Assembly (NCBI GenBank): GCA_963848635.1
Contig: CAWKEA010000002.1
Location: forward strand, 13,464 to 77,463
Direction of reading: 5' to 3'
DNA from: an uncultured bacterium
GTDB taxonomy: Bacteria > Patescibacteriota > Minisyncoccia > Phycocordibacterales > PALSA-1337
Length of the DNA: 64,000 nt
The position numbers were made by a program, and so were the translations under genes. Numbering within the stretch: the stretch's first letter is position 1; each line of letters starts with the position of its first letter. This document shows positions 10,172 through 19,043 of the stretch, piece after piece. Under the pieces are notes generated by a model. It saw nothing but the letters and a program-made list of their open reading frames with translations. It was not told where the DNA came from and searched no databases.

Positions 10172-10756
10172 CTAAACGTAAACGGTTTTGCGACTCAAAA
10201 TTACCAGGCCGAGCATTCCAGCGCTCAATAACATGGCGGTGGAACCGCCGTCAGGAAGCATGATTACAGTCGCCGTTCCATCGACATTCGGATTGCCCCA
10301 TCCGAACCCGGGCGAATTGCCATAACCATTGAGATTTGGCACGTTGCCATTGGATTGATCTGCGGACAGATAGATGCCCGCCCCGGACGAATGGCCGCCG
10401 ATGTCGGGAGCCGTCAGGAATAACAGCCCGTACTCGTCGACGAAATAGGTGGCATGAACGTCCACCAGATTGTCGACAAGCGGCAAGTTATCGCCATTGT
10501 TGTTTGAAACGACGACGCCCAGATTGGGAGGAGTCGACGGGTTGACGGGCGCCAAATAGTCGTAGTCGACCGTGACTAAACCGTAAGTGACATCGAGATA
10601 TCCGCCGGTCGCAAGACCGGAGGTGACATCGACCTGCCCGACTGCGCTCCATCCACCGCCGTTAAAGGCGATATTATAGGGCGTCGCCCATGCGCTCATA
10701 CTCACACCCGCGGCGCAAACCGCCGCCAATAAACCAAGCATTATTTTTTTCTTCAC
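10172..10756 (-). CDS. secreted protein with VPDSG-CTERM/PEP-CTERM-like sorting signal
   Basis: Signal peptide (MKKKIMLGLLAAVCAAGVSMSAWA); C-terminus LPDGGST + hydrophobic helix + RK. Confidence 0.75.
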   Translation of the reverse strand: MKKKIMLGLLAAVCAAGVSMSAWATPYNIAFNGGGWSAVGQVDVTSGLATGGYLDVTYGLVTVDYDYLAPVNPSTPPNLGVVVSNNNGDNLPLVDNLVDVHATYFVDEYGLLFLTAPDIGGHSSGAGIYLSADQSNGNVPNLNGYGNSPGFGWGNPNVDGTATVIMLPDGGSTAMLLSAGMLGLVILSRKTVYV

Positions 10757-10927
10757 TTTGTCTCTTCCTTTCCTTGTTGTTTGTTTTGTTGTATGACTCC
10801 TCGAGTTTTCACACGAAGACTGTCAAAGATCCCGCACCGATCGTTCAACGGTATCTGCCCGCGATTGTAACATATTTATATAAAAAAACAAGCCCTTAAG
10901 CTTGTCTTCGTTGATGCGGCCTTTGCT

Positions 10928-12154
10928 TCAATAATTCCTCAATCTCCCGGCTTTTTCGTGCTGTCGTATCTTTTCATGGGCTTTTGCCTCGATCTGGCGG
11001 ATGCGCTCGCGGGTGACCTCGAACTCCTTGCCGACCTCTTCGAGGGTATGCTGGACGCCGTCCATCAATCCACAGCGCATCTCCAGGATCTTTCGCTCTT
11101 TTTCCGACAATTCATTCAGGATCTCGCGCACCTGGTCAGCCAATATGCGGCGGGAGCTTTCCTGATCCGGCGATAGGATCTTGTCGTCTGCGATAAAGTC
11201 GCCGAGAGTCGATTTATCCTCGCCTTCGTCGCCGACCGGCATCTCGAGCGAGCCGACCGGTTGGTCGATCTTTTCTATCTGATATATCTTGTCGACCTCG
11301 ATTCCCATCTCGGTGGCGATCTCTTCTGGCAATGGGTCGCGGCCGAGGTCCTGGGTCAGACGGCGGACGACTTGCTTGTATTTGGCGATCGTCTCGACCA
11401 TGTGAACCGGCACGCGTATGGTGCGGCTTTGGTCGGCCAATGCGCGAGTGATGGCCTGGCGTATCCACCACGTGGCATACGTCGAGAACTTATACCCTTT
11501 TGTCCAGTCGAACTTGTCGACTGCCTTGAACAATCCGAGGTTGCCTTCCTGAATGAGGTCGAGCAGGGTCAAGTCAGGAGAACGGCCGACGTATTTTTTT
11601 GCGATAGAGACGACGAGGCGCAGGTTCGCTTTGGCCAAAAGGCCCTTAGCCTCGTTGTCGCCGGCGGCAATGTGCCGTGCCAGCTCTTTTTCGCGCGCAG
11701 CGGAGATGAGCGGATACTGGCCTATCTCGCGCAGATACATCTGTATGGAATCATAAGCGGAATCTCCCGAACGCGATCCATATGAATATTTTTTGGATGC
11801 TGGAGCGGCGTCCTTCTCAACACTGAGAAGACCCCCTCCTTCGAGGATGTCGATGCCGGAGGCGGCGAACTTGCTGTACAAGTCATCGAGAAAAGAAATG
11901 TCGGATTCGACGGTCGGAAATTCCCTGAGTATCTCGTCATATGTCACGAAGCCGCGCTCCTTGCCCTTGACCATGAGCTTGCCAGCCTTTGTGTCGGATA
12001 TCTTCTGAGCGTCCTTCTGTTTTTTTGACTGTTGCGATTTCTTTGATTCCTTCGGTTTTGCCGCCGAGGCCGGCTTCTTGTGTATTGAAATGGGCTTTTT
12101 TGAAGCCTTTGTTGTGCTCTTCGTATTTATTTTTTTTGACGTGCTTTTTGCCAT
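10928..12154 (-). CDS. rpoD: primary sigma-70 factor RpoD
   Basis: Region 1.1 ([11 protein letters not shown]), [33 protein letters not shown]; directly downstream of dnaG apart from two inserted genes. Confidence 0.95.
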   Translation of the reverse strand: MAKSTSKKINTKSTTKASKKPISIHKKPASAAKPKESKKSQQSKKQKDAQKISDTKAGKLMVKGKERGFVTYDEILREFPTVESDISFLDDLYSKFAASGIDILEGGGLLSVEKDAAPASKKYSYGSRSGDSAYDSIQMYLREIGQYPLISAAREKELARHIAAGDNEAKGLLAKANLRLVVSIAKKYVGRSPDLTLLDLIQEGNLGLFKAVDKFDWTKGYKFSTYATWWIRQAITRALADQSRTIRVPVHMVETIAKYKQVVRRLTQDLGRDPLPEEIATEMGIEVDKIYQIEKIDQPVGSLEMPVGDEGEDKSTLGDFIADDKILSPDQESSRRILADQVREILNELSEKERKILEMRCGLMDGVQHTLEEVGKEFEVTRERIRQIEAKAHEKIRQHEKAGRLRNY

Positions 12155-12279
12155 TATGGCTCTATAAGGACCAGGTTGACAATTCTAAAGCAAAACGAAT
12201 AAAGGCGCAACGTTGACATGTGGACAAGTGGGTGGTAGGGTTCGGAGAGACAACAATAAAACAAATACGGAGGTACTTT

Positions 12280-12771
12280 ATGTTTGATGAAAACACTTTG
12301 AATGTTCACGATCTCTGTCACGCATTCTTTACTGGGATGCTCAATGGATATGCCGGAAATTCCAAAACGAGCTTGATTCCCGAATTGGCCGCCAAGATTA
12401 TGACTTGGAAAGAAGGCCATTACGCCTTGGTCGACCATTGGCAAACGACAAAGCTCAGCCGAAAAAGCTTTGGAACAACCATGATCTCCTTTGACGATGA
12501 CATCGTCTGGGAGATGCAATACTGGGGTGAGTACAAGGATGAAGTGATTCCGTTTCTGAAGGAAGCTTTAGCGGCCGCTTATGGGGATAGATTGTTCTGC
12601 GGCGGAAGAGGGGCATATCGTTTCGAAAAGAGCGGCCTGCTGTATGTTAATGTTCCATCTTCAAACGACTTTGAAGATTTCAGCGGCAAGGAAATGGTGA
12701 TAAACGGAGCAGGCCATGTCCAAGGATGGCACAAATACCGCGGCATGCAGACTTGGCGCAATGGAAAGTAA
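12280..12771 (+). CDS. DUF5680-like hypothetical protein
   Basis: WEMQYWG...FLKEAL...GGRG...FSGKE pattern; GGAGG SD at 12269-12273; terminator follows. Confidence 0.6.
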   Translation: MFDENTLNVHDLCHAFFTGMLNGYAGNSKTSLIPELAAKIMTWKEGHYALVDHWQTTKLSRKSFGTTMISFDDDIVWEMQYWGEYKDEVIPFLKEALAAAYGDRLFCGGRGAYRFEKSGLLYVNVPSSNDFEDFSGKEMVINGAGHVQGWHKYRGMQTWRNGK

Positions 12772-12799
12772 AAACTGATCGACTTCCCTTTCGATCTTC

Positions 12800-12830
12800 A
12801 AGCCCTGCGCAACCTGCGGGGCTTTTTTAT
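12800..12830 (+). terminator. intrinsic terminator
   Basis: aagccctgc-loop-gcggggctttttt. Confidence 0.7.
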
Positions 12831-12919
12831 TGCAAAAGTCAGCCTTTCACAAAATGAGATTAAGAAATCTTTACAAATTTTTTAACTTTTCTTAATGATC
12901 ATTATATATAATTTGCGAT

Positions 12920-13318
12920 ATGAATGAAGAATATGTAAAGGAATTCGATCTTTGGAATACCAGGAAAAAAGAGATCGAGAAATCAGTTGTCGAACGTCTA
13001 TGCCACGAACGAGAAGTCTGGTGGTGTGCGCTTGGCGTCAATATTGGCTTGGAACAAGATGGTAAAAATGAATTATTTGAAAGACCGGTTCTAATCCTAA
13101 AGAGATACAACAAAAACTTGGTTCTCATTTTACCCGTTACAAGCACAGAAAAAGACAATGCATATTATGTGAAGATAAAGAGTGCCATGGCTTCAAGCGT
13201 CATTTTGTCGCAAATCAGATCAATAGACAGTAAAAGGCTCTTAAGAAAGGCGGGAATGATTTCCATGAAAGAATATCTTTTCATATTCTTTAGCCTTCTT
13301 AGAACATTGCTACCATAA
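12920..13318 (+). CDS. PemK/MazF-family toxin (mRNA interferase-like)
   Basis: WWCALGVNIGLEQDGK..FERPVLILK..LPVTS..SQIRSIDSKRL. Confidence 0.8.
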   Translation: MNEEYVKEFDLWNTRKKEIEKSVVERLCHEREVWWCALGVNIGLEQDGKNELFERPVLILKRYNKNLVLILPVTSTEKDNAYYVKIKSAMASSVILSQIRSIDSKRLLRKAGMISMKEYLFIFFSLLRTLLP

Positions 13319-13445
13319 AAGACGAAACCCCGCCAAAAATATGAATTTAAGGCGGGGAATCTCGGAGGCCGAAGCCATTGTACTGATATTTTAGCAAACC
13401 TACCTCCTTTGTCAACCAATGCTTGTAAAATGTTGTAAAAAAGAA

Positions 13446-15260
13446 TCACTCCTTCCTCCTTTTCCTCACGTCTTCCAACTTTCTTGAGAGCTCATGGCAC
13501 AGCTTGCCTGCGGCGTTCGATTTGTCGATATCCTTCTCCCGTTCGGCGGCGGCGAGGTCGGCCATGGCCTCCGCAAGCCTCCCCTTTAATATATCTTCCT
13601 CGAAATTGATCATGAGCTCGTCGAGCTCTTTTTTGATGTCGCGGCCTTCACCGTAGGTGATCTCTGCCTCAAGGACGAGCTCGTCGCGAAATGGAGCGAT
13701 ATCGGCGATCATCTTGTCATATCCGTCGCCGACGATCTCTCGGAGATGATCAAAGTAGCCTTTTGGCGCGATAGATGATTTTTCAGGGCTCTTTTCGATT
13801 GAAGTAAGGATGCCGAAGAGCTTGCGCGCGACCATGTCGAGGCGTGCCGGCGAGGCAGGCTTTGGAGCTGTGGCATTATCCCTCGCCGTTGCGAGCGCGG
13901 CCCGAGATTCCGAAGCGGCTTCGGCAGATTTCTTTTCAAGGACGGACTTGAGGTCATCGCGAACCGCTTCTTCGGACAGGCCGGTTTTGGTGTGGATCAT
14001 CTTGATCCAGTGCGAGCGCTCCATACTGCCCTTGACCTCGGCGATGAAGGGCAAGACCTTTTCTCGGATGGCTGTCGGGAGCTTCCGCGGATCGAGCTTG
14101 GCTTTGCCGTCGGACGAAACAGTTTCCTTCATGATGCCGTCGAGGACGAATTCGACGATCGGCTTTGCGTGGCGCAGAGTTTCCTTCCAATTCTCGGGAT
14201 TTGCAAGGACAAGATCGGCGGGATCCTTCCCCCCTTCTATATCGGCGATTTTGACATCCATGCCGAGATTGAGGGCGATGCGAGCGGCGCGGAGAGCTGC
14301 GTTGTGACCCGCTTTGTCTGAATCAAAAGCAATGAGCAAGATTCGGCGACAAGCGGCGGATGATGCCGAGATTGTTCGTCACCTGCTCGCGTGAGATGGT
14401 ATCGTCAGCGAGCGCGTGCCCGAGGCCGCGACGGTATTCTTTATTCCCGCCTGATGCGACATGATGAGGTCCATCTGGCCTTCAACCAGAATCGTATAAT
14501 CCTTTTTGCGGATCTCGCTTTTCGCCTTGTCGATGCCGTAGAGAACGGCTGATTTATCGTAGAGCGGCGTGTCCGGCGTGTTTATATACTTGCCCTCGCC
14601 TTCCTTTTCATGAAGCAAACGGCCGGAAAATGCGATAACGCGGCCGGATGAATCCATGATCGGAAACATGACGCGGTCGCGGAAACGGTCGTAATAATTG
14701 CCGGATCCGTCTTTCCTTCTTGACCAGGCCCGCCTTCTCCATATCGGCTGTCCGCTCACGATCCTCTTTTTGGACGAGGGCGTCGTCGCGAGATGCCGCC
14801 AACCCTCAGGAACAAAGCCGATGCGGAATTCCTTGATCGTCTCGTCTGTGACTCCCCTTTTCTTCAGATATTCTTTCGCTTCGCCGGAAAGCTGCGACTG
14901 GTAGAAAATCGCGGCGGCCTCCATGACTGAATAGCAGCACGCTCGCGCTCGGTTTTTCTTTTCCCGATTTTCAAAAGCGATAGGAATGCCCGCGCGCTCT
15001 GCCAACAATTTCAAGGCGCCCATGAAATCGAGCCCTTCGAACTGCTCGACAAACGTGAAGATGTCGCCCTTCGCCCCGCAACCGAAGCAATAGAACGAGC
15101 CGCGATCAGGCGACACAAAGAACGACGCTGTCTTTTCATTATGGAACGGACAGCGGCCTTTGAAGTTCTTGCCCGCCTTTTCCAGCTTCATATACGACGA
15201 AATGACCTCCTCGACGCCGAGGCGCTCTTTTATCAAATCGACTGTGGAGCGGTCTCTCAT
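13446..15260 (-). CDS. dnaG: DNA primase (split by apparent sequencing indels)
   Basis: Zn finger CPFHNEKT..CFGC, FRDRVMFPI, KYINTP, VEGQMD, TOPRIM FDSDKAG, KDPAD; frame breaks near 14340-14400, 14700-14790 and 14930-14960. Confidence 0.93.
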
Positions 15261-15355
15261 GCGCGTATTGTACGCTTTTTACACGTTATACTCAAACCAT
15301 GGTCGGAAATAAAAAAGCGCCACTGTGAAGCGAGCGCTTGTGACACCAATCCGGA

Positions 15356-15889
15356 TTAATGTTTGACAGCATCTTTCCAATAACGGAACGTGCTTTTCTC
15401 GATCGAACCTGGGTACTGTTCCTCAACTTCCTGCAAAGCCGCCAAAAATGCTCGCGACTCTTCTCGGAGACCAAGCATGGTTAGACACTTCAGGATGCGT
15501 GTAATCCGGAGCAAATTATGGTTTTGAGGTGTAAGCCAATGCTCCGCTTGTCGCCGGAAAACGACTCGTGTGTTGCCGATGACGACTTTTCCTTGAACGG
15601 ACCCCATCGTAAAACCATAGAATTTAAGCATCCGTGCAAATGATCTCAGAAGATTACTGCGGAGTTTTGCAACAGACAGAAAGGCTTGGATATCCTCTGC
15701 GGTGAGCACAGGCGCATCAGAATTGAATCGGCTTGGTTCAGGCCACTGAATGTAATCGTGGACAGTCTCGAGCCTGTTGTCGTTCCACGAAAGGATCTCA
15801 CTGAGAGTCCGGCCATTAGCATCGAATCCTCTTCCAGAATAGAAACGTGTAAAAACGGTTGTGGTTTTCATCTGACTGCAGATAACCAC
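15356..15889 (-). CDS. opioid growth factor receptor (OGFr) conserved-region protein
   Basis: LETVHDYIQW, RMLKFYG, NHNLLRITRILKCL, YWKDA. Confidence 0.8.
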   Translation of the reverse strand: MVICSQMKTTTVFTRFYSGRGFDANGRTLSEILSWNDNRLETVHDYIQWPEPSRFNSDAPVLTAEDIQAFLSVAKLRSNLLRSFARMLKFYGFTMGSVQGKVVIGNTRVVFRRQAEHWLTPQNHNLLRITRILKCLTMLGLREESRAFLAALQEVEEQYPGSIEKSTFRYWKDAVKH

Positions 15890-15969
15890 GATTCACCGAT
15901 CTTTGCAAGTCAAAATTTTCTTTATAAAAAATTTAACCTTTCTTAATAACCAATTTTATATAATTGCAT

Positions 15970-16265
15970 TCGAATGATCATTTTGACCTGTGGGGGTACC
16001 AGTGGTTGGGAGTTCCTCCTTGCTAGTTGGAGCTCGGGGGTTCGACTCCCCCTACCTCCACAGGGCAAAGTGATTATTGGCGATGTAGAGTGAGAGAAAT
16101 ACAAGAGTAATCTTTCGTAGTTCCGGACCGAGAAGCTATGAAAGTAAACTTAATTCACAGCATTCACTTGCATTTACTTACAAATTAGCTTATACTTTCC
16201 TTACAACTAGCAAGGAGGAGCCAATCAATGGTGAGTCCAACATAAATCCGCTTCGGCGGGTTTTG
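15970..16265 (+). ncRNA. candidate structured ncRNA with tRNA-Ala/tmRNA-like domain at 15992-16060
   Basis: Acceptor GGGGGTA/TACCTCC-A with G3-U70; T-arm GGGGG-TTCGACT-CCCCC; TATAAT just upstream; terminator aatccgc-ttcg-gcgggtttt at ~16244-16264. Confidence 0.55.
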
Positions 16266-16270
16266 TGTTT

Positions 16271-17455
16271 TTATAGAATCACTCCTCCTCCCAAGCAAAT
16301 TTCCCCCTCATACACGACGAGCGACTGCCCTCCCGTCAGAGCGTTCTGCGGCTTGTCGAATTCGATCGTGGCGGTTCCCTGCCTGCCGGCAGGCATGGTT
16401 TCCTTTTCATTAATTGAAGTAAAGACAAGCGATTCGAGCGGCTGGCGGTAGCGCGCGCGACCGGAATATTTTTTGCCAACTACCGGAGTTCCGCTCATCC
16501 AATTCGTCTTTTCGAGCTTGACCGACGTCTTCGCCTCTGCCAAAAGCCCATGCTTGTCCTTGTTCGAGACAGTGATCGTATTCTTGTCGAGATCTTTTGC
16601 CACAATGTAATACGGCTCGTCATGCGGCGTTTTCTTGTCGATGACAAATCCATGCCTCTCGCCGATCGTCAGAAAGAACGCGCCGTCGTGGCGGCCGATC
16701 GCGTTTCCTGCTTCATCCAAAACTTCCCCAGCTTTCGGCTCCATATAATGAGAAAGGAATTCCTTTATATCGACTTTACCAATAAAACAAAGGCCTTGGC
16801 TGTCTTTCTTTTCAGCATTCGGCAATTTGAATTTACGTGCCAGCTTGCGTACATCCGGCTTTTCGATGTCGCCTATCGGAAAAAGTATATGGGGCAGCTG
16901 TTCCGTGCGGATGTTCCAGAGAAAGTATGACTGGTCCTTGTTCGGATCGGAGCCAGCCAAAAGTTTCAAGTTGCAAGTTGCAAGTTGCAAGTTATTTTTT
17001 TCTTCACTTGTCACTTGTAACTTATCACTTGTAACTATTTTCGCATAATGCCCGGTCGCCACGAAATCAGCGCCTTGACCGATCGCCCAATCGTAGAACG
17101 CGCCGAATTTGACGCTCTTGTTGCACATGACGTCCGGATTCGGAGTACGGCCCGCCCGATATTCGGCGATCATATAGTCGACGACGTAGCGCTTGTATTC
17201 CTTTTCGAGATCGAGCGTCAAAAATGGTATGTCCAAAACAGCGGCGACGCGCATAGCATCCAGCCGGTCCTGCCGCCAATTGCAGTCCATCCAATCCGGT
17301 TGCCAGACTTTTATGAAGACGCCCATGACGTCATATCCTGCCGCCTTCAAAAGCGCCGCCGAAACCGAGCTATCGACGCCGCCGGACATGCCGACAAAAA
17401 CGCGTTTGGCGTGATTTTTGATTTTTGTGCTTTTAGTTTTCCCTTGACCTTTCAT
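16271..17455 (-). CDS. mnmA: tRNA-specific 2-thiouridylase
   Basis: GMSGGVDSS, TPNPDVMCN, ATGHYA, KDQSYFL, DSQGLCF, GQSLVVY. Confidence 0.97.
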   Translation of the reverse strand: MKGQGKTKSTKIKNHAKRVFVGMSGGVDSSVSAALLKAAGYDVMGVFIKVWQPDWMDCNWRQDRLDAMRVAAVLDIPFLTLDLEKEYKRYVVDYMIAEYRAGRTPNPDVMCNKSVKFGAFYDWAIGQGADFVATGHYAKIVTSDKLQVTSEEKNNLQLATCNLKLLAGSDPNKDQSYFLWNIRTEQLPHILFPIGDIEKPDVRKLARKFKLPNAEKKDSQGLCFIGKVDIKEFLSHYMEPKAGEVLDEAGNAIGRHDGAFFLTIGERHGFVIDKKTPHDEPYYIVAKDLDKNTITVSNKDKHGLLAEAKTSVKLEKTNWMSGTPVVGKKYSGRARYRQPLESLVFTSINEKETMPAGRQGTATIEFDKPQNALTGGQSLVVYEGEICLGGGVIL

Positions 17456-17506
17456 TCTTGGCATGATATCAAAATAAGCAGAAACGAACAAGAAGAAAGA
17501 ACTTTT

Positions 17507-17872
17507 ATGAAAATATTGTTGATCGACCCCAATGCAAAGAGGCGTCGTTTGCTCTTGCGGCAACTCGAAGATGCTGGCCATAGTGTCGTGACAACCGACA
17601 GTACGGAAAAAGCAGAGAGCTACATGCGGCACTGGAAACCAGATGTACTGGTCAGCGCCGACGAAAAAATCACGGGGACCGATATTTATGAAGATACTAA
17701 GGCTGTCAACGAGCCATTTGTGCAGGAACCTCCATCTGTAACCATTACAGCACTGTGCCCCGAATCGAAAAGAACGTCAGGACGGCAAATCGACGACCCA
17801 AGCGTTTACCTCAAAACGTTGTTTGAATCAGGGATACTCAAAGATCCGGACGGTCGTAAGCGTCACAATTAG
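17507..17872 (+). CDS. atypical stand-alone receiver (CheY-like) domain protein
   Basis: MKILLIDPN...LEDAGHSV...KPDVLVS; the canonical phospho-Asp position is degenerate. Confidence 0.55.
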   Translation: MKILLIDPNAKRRRLLLRQLEDAGHSVVTTDSTEKAESYMRHWKPDVLVSADEKITGTDIYEDTKAVNEPFVQEPPSVTITALCPESKRTSGRQIDDPSVYLKTLFESGILKDPDGRKRHN

Positions 17873-17932
17873 AAGCCGGGCAATCCTCGGCTTCTTTTTT
17901 TATTGAGCATAAAGGCCATACCCGCTCGACTG

Positions 17933-19033
17933 CTACAGATATTTCGACTCATTCGCTATCTGGCCGTCATAGGTATCCGAATAATGGATGTTCCCCTTTG
18001 AATCAGATAGATAATACCAGTAGGTAGTGCTCGCCGGAGAAAGAGCGTCCTCGATGGCCGAAAGGCCAGGATTGCCGATCGGCGATGGCGGCAAGCCGCG
18101 ATTTCTATATGTGTTAAAGGGGGAATCAGTGGCCAGATCGCCGGACGTGAGCTTTGTCCCATTCTTGTCGAGAGCATAGGCAAGGACGGCATCGACTTCG
18201 AGAGGCATCTTATCATCGAGGCGCTTCCAGAGTATGCCCGCGATGATGCGGCGATCAGACGACGACGTCGCTTCGCGTTCGAGGATAGAGGCCATGATGA
18301 CGATGGATGAGGTCGCATGGCCTGAAACAGCGACACCAGCGCTCTCTCCAACGACCTTCTTGTTAAAAAGGTCCTGCATAGCCTGTATCGCATCGTCAGG
18401 CGATGTTTTTATGTTGAAAAAATATGTGTCAGGGAAAAGATATCCTTCAAGAGGTTTTGCTTCGGCTAGAAACGTCGAAGTCGCAAAGCCGGGAATATCC
18501 TTGCCAAGGATCCCCGAGATCTGTTCTGCGTCGAATCCCTCGGGGATGGTCACTTTTATCGGCATCAATCCCTGCTCTCCGTGAACAAGCCTCCATGCGA
18601 TCTCTATCACGGATTCCTTCGAAGCAAAGAGGTAATCGCCTGCTTTTATACCTCTTTGACCAGACAAAATGACGACCAACGATTTGAAAAGGGCTTCAGA
18701 TTTTATCAAATGGTCGACATAAAGTCCGCTTGTTACCTGGCCGAGCGACGAATTTCCTTCGATATGGAATGTGGTCTCCGCTGGAAAATCAGATGGGGGG
18801 ATCGTCGCGAAGACCGCCATGACAAAAACTACTGCCACACAAAAGATTCCCGCGGCTATAATGGACTTCTTTTGAAAGACGGGCGCTTTCGACAGCAGTG
18901 GCGGCAAAGCGTCTGAACGATCCATCGGCACGCCATATTTCATGTCCGCCGGCGCTAAAGAAGGCGGCTTTTCAGTCGCGTTATCCGCATCGCTTTCATA
19001 TTTCAGAGGCTTGAGATTGTCTGATAGTTCCAT
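17933..19033 (-). CDS. mltG: endolytic transglycosylase MltG
   Basis: TM anchor, VTIPEG, EGYLFPDTY, ASILERE, SPFNTYRNRGLPPSPIGNPG. Confidence 0.93.
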   Translation of the reverse strand: MELSDNLKPLKYESDADNATEKPPSLAPADMKYGVPMDRSDALPPLLSKAPVFQKKSIIAAGIFCVAVVFVMAVFATIPPSDFPAETTFHIEGNSSLGQVTSGLYVDHLIKSEALFKSLVVILSGQRGIKAGDYLFASKESVIEIAWRLVHGEQGLMPIKVTIPEGFDAEQISGILGKDIPGFATSTFLAEAKPLEGYLFPDTYFFNIKTSPDDAIQAMQDLFNKKVVGESAGVAVSGHATSSIVIMASILEREATSSSDRRIIAGILWKRLDDKMPLEVDAVLAYALDKNGTKLTSGDLATDSPFNTYRNRGLPPSPIGNPGLSAIEDALSPASTTYWYYLSDSKGNIHYSDTYDGQIANESKYL

Positions 19034-19043
19034 AGGATTCCGA

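Noticed and set aside
13446-15260. dnaG as a pseudogene or programmed frameshift
   Set aside because: It has several clustered, partly compensating insertions in an essential gene. Similar breaks in pyrG, ftsX, the SGNH gene and the IS30 transposase point to consensus errors.
15735-15760. Apparent loss of the LFP motif in the OGFr-like protein (HDYIQW-PEPS)
   Set aside because: It is a short in-frame gap near an error-rich region and cannot be distinguished from a consensus error without reads.
15992-16060. Ordinary tRNA-Ala(TGC) or tRNA-Pyl/Sec
   Set aside because: There is no D-stem and no 5-bp stem with a 7-nt anticodon loop. TGC and CTA occur in the loop but not in canonical position, so it is kept as a tRNA-like ncRNA candidate.
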